From the NCBI GenBank assembly GCA_038245905.1, contig JBBRRY010000008.1, positions 1 to 64,000 on the forward strand: DNA of 64,000 bases, in the 5' to 3' direction. Source of the stretch: Thermoanaerobaculia bacterium. Lineage in GTDB: Bacteria; Acidobacteriota; Thermoanaerobaculia; UBA5066. This document shows, in pieces, positions 58,593 through 64,000 of this stretch. The position numbers were made by a program, and so were the translations under genes. The notes beneath the pieces were generated by a model, which was not told where the DNA came from, did not search any database, and worked only from the letters and a program-made list of their open reading frames with translations. Each line of letters starts with the position of its first letter. Position 1 is the first letter of the stretch.

Positions 58593-59192
58593 TCAGCGCA
58601 CGGCCGAGACGAGCTTCTTGACCGCTCTCTCGGCGGCATCCTCGGCGGCCTGCGCCTCGGCCTCCGTGTCGGCCGCACTGACCTCGGACGAGCCGTTGCG
58701 GCCGGTCACGTCGATGATCTTCGCGGCCGCGCCGGGCGCCGTGACCACCGAGATGGAAACCGAACAGTTCGCCTCGTACGAGACCACGACCTGCTCGACC
58801 CTCACGGGGGCACCCGTGCCGATGGTCTGCCGGTCGAAGGAGCGTCCCTCCCGGCGCTGAATTCCGCATGGGGCGAGCAGGATTCCGATGTACACATCGG
58901 CGGGCCAGGCCTTGCGAAACTCCGTGCCCGCATCGCCCGTGGCGCCCACGTCGGCGAGATGGGCTCCCGAGAGCCGGGCGTCGACGATCGCCCCGAGGCC
59001 GCGGTCGCTCGCGTTCGAGAGGAAGCGCGGGACGAAGCGCTCGAGCTCCGGAGCCGACCCTTTCGCCTCCACGAGGACGATCACCTTCTTCGGCTTCGCG
59101 GCGGGTGTCGGGGACGCGGCCGCAGCCACGCCGGCGCTTACGAGGACGGGCAGGAGAACGGCGACGGCGGCGAGCGGGAGGCGGAATCTCAT
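58593..59192 (-). CDS. Secreted hypothetical protein
   Basis: Signal peptide MRFRLPLAAVAVLLPVLVSAGVAAA; ATGA overlap with the upstream VWA gene. Confidence 0.7.
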   Translation of the reverse strand: MRFRLPLAAVAVLLPVLVSAGVAAAASPTPAAKPKKVIVLVEAKGSAPELERFVPRFLSNASDRGLGAIVDARLSGAHLADVGATGDAGTEFRKAWPADVYIGILLAPCGIQRREGRSFDRQTIGTGAPVRVEQVVVSYEANCSVSISVVTAPGAAAKIIDVTGRNGSSEVSAADTEAEAQAAEDAAERAVKKLVSAVR

Positions 59193-60250
59193 GGCGTGAA
59201 AGTGTACGCCCGCGACACGACTTCGCCCCGCCGGCTCCGGAGGCCGACGTCGAGGAGCGGGAGGACTCCGTCGTCCGGCGCCACGCACACGAGGACGTAG
59301 CGGCCGCCGAGGCGCTTCGCGAGACGCGTCACGGCCCCTCTCGTGAAAATGTGAGTCTTCTCGTACGTGCCGCCTGTGAGCTTCGAGGTGTCCTGAAGCG
59401 TCGTCTCGAGCGTGTGCCAGTCGGCGTCCGAGACGTCCAGTGTGAAGACATTGATCCGTGCCGCGGCCATCGACGCGAATGCGCGCGTGAGGTCGCGGCC
59501 CTCGCGCGGCGAGCCCTCGATTCCGAGCCCCCACCCCAGGAAAAGAAGCGCCTTTCCCCCCGGGATCGGGATGAGAGCGCGCGCGACGAGGTCCAGCGCG
59601 CGTTCGACGTTCGAGGCGCGGCGTGCCGCTTCCGGGTTGAGGCCCGCCGCAAGCGACGGAAACGGCGACGGTACGCTCGCAGGCTCCGTGCCCTGGAGCA
59701 GGCCTTCGTCGAACGCGGCCTCCAGCACCGACCGGCTCGCGGTGAAATCGCAGAGGAGCGTGAGGTGCGAGTCGAAGCGAACGACGGCAACCCGGTCTGT
59801 CGGGACCAGGGTATCGAGCAACCGGCCGATCTCCGATCGCACGCGCATGAGCCCCTTTGCCCGATCGCGGCCGATGTCGGCCTGCAGGAAGAACACGAGG
59901 ATGCGGCCCGGGGGATACCGCACGGCGGGCGCCGTTCCGTCTGCGGAAGGGTCCGCGGCGTCGATCGGTCCCTCGGCCTTCCCCGCGGGAATCCATTCGG
60001 CCGACTCGACCTCGAGCTCTTGTCGCCCCGCGCGCACGCGAAAGTCGGAGGCCATGAGGTCCGGAACGGCCTCTCCCGCCCCGTCCGTCACGTAGGCGTC
60101 CAGGATGACGCGCGTCACCCGCACGTTTCCCTGGAGGGGCCGGATGCGTCCCGGGGGCGGCGTTTCGTCGGCGCGAATCGCCTGGCCCGCGAGAAGCGCG
60201 AGAGCGGCGAATGCAGCGCGTTCAGCGCGAACAATGGGCGTCCGTCGCAG
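59189..60250 (-). CDS. Exported VWFA-related protein with degenerate MIDAS; probable CTG start (first GTG at 60124)
   Basis: RVILDAYVTDGAGEAVPDL, DRVAVVRFD, DFT, GGKALLF, TGGTY; GGAGGAGG SD 8 nt before CTG 60250 followed by an in-frame signal peptide. Confidence 0.75.
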   Translation of the reverse strand: MRRTPIVRAERAAFAALALLAGQAIRADETPPPGRIRPLQGNVRVTRVILDAYVTDGAGEAVPDLMASDFRVRAGRQELEVESAEWIPAGKAEGPIDAADPSADGTAPAVRYPPGRILVFFLQADIGRDRAKGLMRVRSEIGRLLDTLVPTDRVAVVRFDSHLTLLCDFTASRSVLEAAFDEGLLQGTEPASVPSPFPSLAAGLNPEAARRASNVERALDLVARALIPIPGGKALLFLGWGLGIEGSPREGRDLTRAFASMAAARINVFTLDVSDADWHTLETTLQDTSKLTGGTYEKTHIFTRGAVTRLAKRLGGRYVLVCVAPDDGVLPLLDVGLRSRRGEVVSRAYTFTP

Positions 60251-60280
60251 GGGGCGGTCCTCCTCCCGTATTCTCCGTCC

Positions 60281-61309
60281 ATGAAAGAATCGGGCCAGGT
60301 CGACGTCCTCGTGATCGGCGCCGGGCCCGTCGGACTCGCCTGCGCGCTCGAGGCGGCGCGGCAGCAGCTCTCACATGTCGTGATCGAGAAGGCCGCGCCC
60401 CTCCAGACGCTCGTACGCTGGCCGACGCACACGGTCTTCTTCTCGACGCCCGAGCTCCTCGAGATCGGCGGCTATCCGTTCGTGACCGCCGCGGGCAAGC
60501 CCACGCGCCGGGAGGGACTCGCGTACTACCGAAAGGTCGCCGAGCGCGAGGGGATTCTGATCCGCCACCACGAGACGGTGACCTCCCTCAAGCGGTCCGC
60601 CGGACTGTTCCACGTCGGGACCACGAGGGGGGTCCACCGTGCGCGTGCCGTCGTCGTCGCAACGGGATTCTTCGACACGCCAAATCTTCTCGGAGTGCCA
60701 GGCGAGGATCTTCCTAAGGTCTCGCACTACTACACTGAGCCCTTCGCCTACGCGGGATCGGACGTGCTCGTCGTCGGCGGAAAGAACTCGGCCGTCGAGG
60801 CGGCGCTCGACCTCCATCGCAACGGCGCCCGCGTGACCATAGCTGTCCGTGGACGAGCCTTCGGAGCAAGCGTGAAGTACTGGCTGAAGCCGGACATCGA
60901 GAACCGCGTCCAGGAAGGGTCCATTCGCGTGCATTTCGAGACGCATGTCGTCTCGGTCGAGGAGGGCGTCGTCGTCCTCGAGACGGCAGGACAAAAGCAC
61001 GAGATTCCGAACGACTTCGTCTTCGCACTCACGGGCTATCGCCCCGACTTTCCCCTCCTCCGCACTCTCGGCATCGCGATCACCGACGACCTCCACGTCG
61101 TACACGACCCCGTGACGATGGAGACGAGCGCACCGGGTCTTTACGTGGCGGGCGTCGTCGCGGCCGGCATCGAGATCGGGAAGCTCTTCATCGAGAACGG
61201 CCGCCTGCACGCCGTCGCGATCGTGAAGCACATCCTCGCGCGCCGGGGCTCCGCGCCGTCGGCGCCCCTCGCCGCTCCCGCGCTTCGCGATTTTCAGGAC
61301 GGCGACTGA
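60281..61309 (+). CDS. ypdA: YpdA-family putative bacillithiol disulfide reductase
   Basis: IGAGPVG, FFSTPELLEIG, KPTRREGLAYY, HYYTEP, GGKNSA, KYWLKPDIENR, FIENGRLH. Confidence 0.88.
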   Translation: MKESGQVDVLVIGAGPVGLACALEAARQQLSHVVIEKAAPLQTLVRWPTHTVFFSTPELLEIGGYPFVTAAGKPTRREGLAYYRKVAEREGILIRHHETVTSLKRSAGLFHVGTTRGVHRARAVVVATGFFDTPNLLGVPGEDLPKVSHYYTEPFAYAGSDVLVVGGKNSAVEAALDLHRNGARVTIAVRGRAFGASVKYWLKPDIENRVQEGSIRVHFETHVVSVEEGVVVLETAGQKHEIPNDFVFALTGYRPDFPLLRTLGIAITDDLHVVHDPVTMETSAPGLYVAGVVAAGIEIGKLFIENGRLHAVAIVKHILARRGSAPSAPLAAPALRDFQDGD

Positions 61310-61379
61310 CGCACGGCACGGTCCGGGCACCTGTCGTAGACGAAGGCCCGGATTTCCGGTTCAGGAGCGGGATCGAGCG

Positions 61380-62114
61380 TCAATCCACCACCACGAAGCG
61401 CTCTGGCTCTCTGAGCGAAACGCCAGCGCGCGAAAACTCGGAGCATTCGATCCATGGCTGGTCAGCGCCAACGGCGTACACGAAGAGCCCGTCCTTGCGC
61501 GGCGCCACGACGACACACTTTGCCTCTAAGGAACGAATCCCGCAGTGCGCCAAGACGTAGGGGATTCTCTCTTTGTCGTATCCTTTGATTCCCGTTAGCT
61601 GGCAATCGGAATACGTCTCCGAAAGCGCAACCGGAAGGCTCGCGAGCAGCGTCCCCGCGACGTCGTAGCGGTAGATTTGCGCCTCGCGGCATCCAACCGT
61701 CGCACGAATGCGGCAATCGAAGACATCAATGACTTCTCCACCGGGAGGCACCGTCACATCACCGCCGCGCCCGAAGGCTTCCCGGACGGGTCGGGGAGAA
61801 GCGGCAGCGTCCTCGCGCACGAGCTGCAAGCCCTTCCGGTCGTTCAGGTCGATGAGCACGGCCTGATCGTCGGCCAGGGTCATGTAACTGGACGCGTGGC
61901 CGGTGCCCAGGCGGACCCACCGATCACCAACCTTCCCGTGGAACACCTCTTTTCTCGATCCGACGACGATCACGCCGCTGTTCCCGGTCACTGGCCGGCC
62001 GATATCGACCTTCAGCCACGGCGTCACGTAGCGCTCCTCGTGTTTCGTGCACGCAACGAGCACGATGACGGCTAGCATCGCGGCCGCCGCGCTCGCCCGG
62101 AGACGCAGTCTCAC
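61380..62114 (-). CDS. Hypothetical lipoprotein
   Basis: Lipobox LVAC; several Cys; visibly less GC-biased than its neighbours; start uncertain. Confidence 0.6.
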   Translation of the reverse strand: MRLRLRASAAAAMLAVIVLVACTKHEERYVTPWLKVDIGRPVTGNSGVIVVGSRKEVFHGKVGDRWVRLGTGHASSYMTLADDQAVLIDLNDRKGLQLVREDAAASPRPVREAFGRGGDVTVPPGGEVIDVFDCRIRATVGCREAQIYRYDVAGTLLASLPVALSETYSDCQLTGIKGYDKERIPYVLAHCGIRSLEAKCVVVAPRKDGLFVYAVGADQPWIECSEFSRAGVSLREPERFVVVD

Positions 62115-62175
62115 TCGCGGGCTCGCTCCGCCCAAGGCGGCGCCAGCGCCCACCCGATTCCTGCAAGGAGCATTC

Positions 62176-63201
62176 CTACACCGCAGCCTTTTTCGCCGCG
62201 GGCGCCGGCTCGGGAGCGTCCGGGAACGGGTTCACCTTGTTCTCGACGGGAGGAAGGGTCTTGAGGAAGTCGTAGAGCATTCCGAGATCGTCCTCCGTGA
62301 GGCCTGACAGCGAAAGCCACGGCATGACGGTGTTACGACCCTTCGGCGCGATCGGGGCGTTCTCCGCCGTGATCGACGCGAACGACTTGAAGCGGCCGAT
62401 GAACTCGGCCTTCGTCGCCTGGCCGAGATATCCGTCCTTGTGCGGCGTGAGGTTGGGCGTCACGTTGCGCCCCCACGGGCCCTTCATCTCCCATCCGCCC
62501 GTGAACTCCCGGCCCTTGATCGGCTTGCCGTGGTCGTCGTGGGGCGTGTGGCAGCCGATGCAGCCGCCGACCACGGCAAGGTAGCGGCCGTAAGCGAGCC
62601 CGTCCTTCGGGGCCGGGGCGGTCACGGGCCCCTCGAGGGGTTTCGGGACGCCCTTGATCAGGAGGTTCACGGGGAAGTCGAGCTTCTTGACCGGGACCGC
62701 GTGCGCGACCGCCGGAAGCGTGCGGAGGTAGACGACGACCGACTTCGCGTCCTCGTCGGAGAAGTTCCGGTATTCCTCGTACGGCATCATCGGGAAGAGC
62801 GCGTTCCCATCCCTGTCGACGCCCTCGCGGATCGCGCGCAGGACCTCCCCGTCCGACCAGTTCCCGAGCCCGTTCACGGGGTCGGCCGTGATGTTCTGGG
62901 CGCAGACGACGCCCGGGACGGCGAAGTCCTTGCCGAACGGCAGGCCGCCCTGCCCGGCCGTCCCCGGCTTGCGCGGGACACCGAAGCGATCGGCCTGGAG
63001 GTCGGAGTGACACGTGAGGCAGTTGCACACGTGCTCGACGAGATACGTGCCGCGCGCGAGGCGCGCGGGCGTCCGTTCAATGCGTTCGGCCGAAGCCGGG
63101 CGTTGCGCGGGGCGACGAAGCGCGAGAGCCGCCACTGCAATGCCGACGAGGACGGCGAGGCCGAAGGCCGCGTACAAGACCAGCCGCACGATTCTTTTCA
63201 T
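62176..63201 (-). CDS. Membrane-anchored diheme c-type cytochrome
   Basis: N-terminal TM; CLTCH and CIGCH; ARGTYL, NIT, FPMMPY, NLTP, MPW. Confidence 0.9.
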   Translation of the reverse strand: MKRIVRLVLYAAFGLAVLVGIAVAALALRRPAQRPASAERIERTPARLARGTYLVEHVCNCLTCHSDLQADRFGVPRKPGTAGQGGLPFGKDFAVPGVVCAQNITADPVNGLGNWSDGEVLRAIREGVDRDGNALFPMMPYEEYRNFSDEDAKSVVVYLRTLPAVAHAVPVKKLDFPVNLLIKGVPKPLEGPVTAPAPKDGLAYGRYLAVVGGCIGCHTPHDDHGKPIKGREFTGGWEMKGPWGRNVTPNLTPHKDGYLGQATKAEFIGRFKSFASITAENAPIAPKGRNTVMPWLSLSGLTEDDLGMLYDFLKTLPPVENKVNPFPDAPEPAPAAKKAAV

Positions 63202-63219
63202 GAGGCGGGGATTATGGCG

Positions 63220-63978
63220 CTAGACGTCGTCGCAGTCCTCATCCTCGAACAGGTTCCGCTGGTGCCGGCTCGCGCGCCGCGCGGGAGCCGGCGGCCCGGG
63301 CAGGGGCGGCGCCGACGGCTCCTGTACGGACGGATCATCCACCTGGGACGAATTGAGCCGCGGCGAAACCACGTAGGACTCGAGCGCGCCCGGCGGAAGC
63401 GCGTGGAGCAGCTCTTGGAGGCGCTCGGCGTCCTCGGGGCCGGCGTCGAGCCAGAGGTCCTCGGCGCCTCTCTCGAGGATGACTGGCATCCGGTCGTGCA
63501 CGGGCGCCACGTCGGCGCTCGCGTCCGTCGTCAGGAGCGCGAACGTCCGCAGCGGAGGCCCCTCAGGCGATTGCCACTCATCCCACAGCCCCGCGATCGC
63601 GAAGAGCTCACGGGACTTCGCGCGGAAGGCGAACGGGATCGACTCCGGGCCGCGGCGCCTCCATTCGTAGAAGCCGTCCGCGGGCACGAGGACTCGCCGG
63701 CGGCGAAAGGACTCGCGGAAGCTGGGCTTTGTCGCCGCCGTCTCGGAGCGCGCGTTGATGGGTCGGCCCGCGTCCGAAGGGTCGCGGACCCACGCCGGGA
63801 CGAGGCCCCATCGCATCGGCTCGAGAACCCGCGCCCCCGATTCCGAGAGCCGCACGACCGGCAGGTCCTGTCCGGGCGCCGCGTTCCATCGGGGACGGAG
63901 CGGCGCCGGCTCACCACGGACACGAAACCGCGAAATCAGGGCGTCGGCGGGCGACGTGATCCAGTACCGGCCGCACAT
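63220..63978 (-). CDS. yedK: SOS response-associated peptidase (SRAP/YedK/HMCES, abasic-site protection)
   Basis: MCGRY N-terminus, RWGLVP, INARSET, DGFYEW, HDRMPVIL. Confidence 0.92.
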   Translation of the reverse strand: MCGRYWITSPADALISRFRVRGEPAPLRPRWNAAPGQDLPVVRLSESGARVLEPMRWGLVPAWVRDPSDAGRPINARSETAATKPSFRESFRRRRVLVPADGFYEWRRRGPESIPFAFRAKSRELFAIAGLWDEWQSPEGPPLRTFALLTTDASADVAPVHDRMPVILERGAEDLWLDAGPEDAERLQELLHALPPGALESYVVSPRLNSSQVDDPSVQEPSAPPLPGPPAPARRASRHQRNLFEDEDCDDV

Positions 63979-64000
63979 CGGCGCATTGTGCCGCGTTCTT

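Overview
64 kb of very GC-rich bacterial chromosome. The four Acidobacterial-type VWA proteins and the general gene content suggest Acidobacteriota, possibly Thermoanaerobaculia-like (inference). I call about 58 genes, including uup-like ABC-F, sucC/sucD, ndk, RluA, pepP, ptrB, rmlD, qor, fumC, cyclophilin, HtrA, YpdA and SRAP, plus tRNA-Asp(GTC) and tRNA-Val(TAC). I saw no integrase, transposase, rRNA or CRISPR array. Three loci stand out. (1) 42970-50951: three consecutive exported proteins with unrelated cargo domains end in the same ~120-aa C-terminal domain (FxxLxPCRxxDTR...DVNGxFx-stop); this is a candidate sorting or surface-anchoring signal, and the largest gene has a sigma54-type promoter. 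(2) 11705-18665: an ECF sigma factor, a membrane-less anti-sigma-like protein and a stand-alone CarH/AerR-type B12 photoreceptor are clustered with fasciclin, DoxX, SRPBCC, YbjT and SOUL genes; three copies of a putative ECF promoter and a deleted second copy of the sigma gene are visible. (3) 57223-60250: an operon of a VWA protein, a secreted protein and three minor pilins. Smaller signals are internally deleted genes, a 27-bp tandem duplication of the ndk 3' end, an 81-bp inverted-repeat element, frequent leaderless-type promoters and probable non-canonical start codons. All calls come from reading motifs; no database search was run. Many start codons were moved relative to the ORF track.
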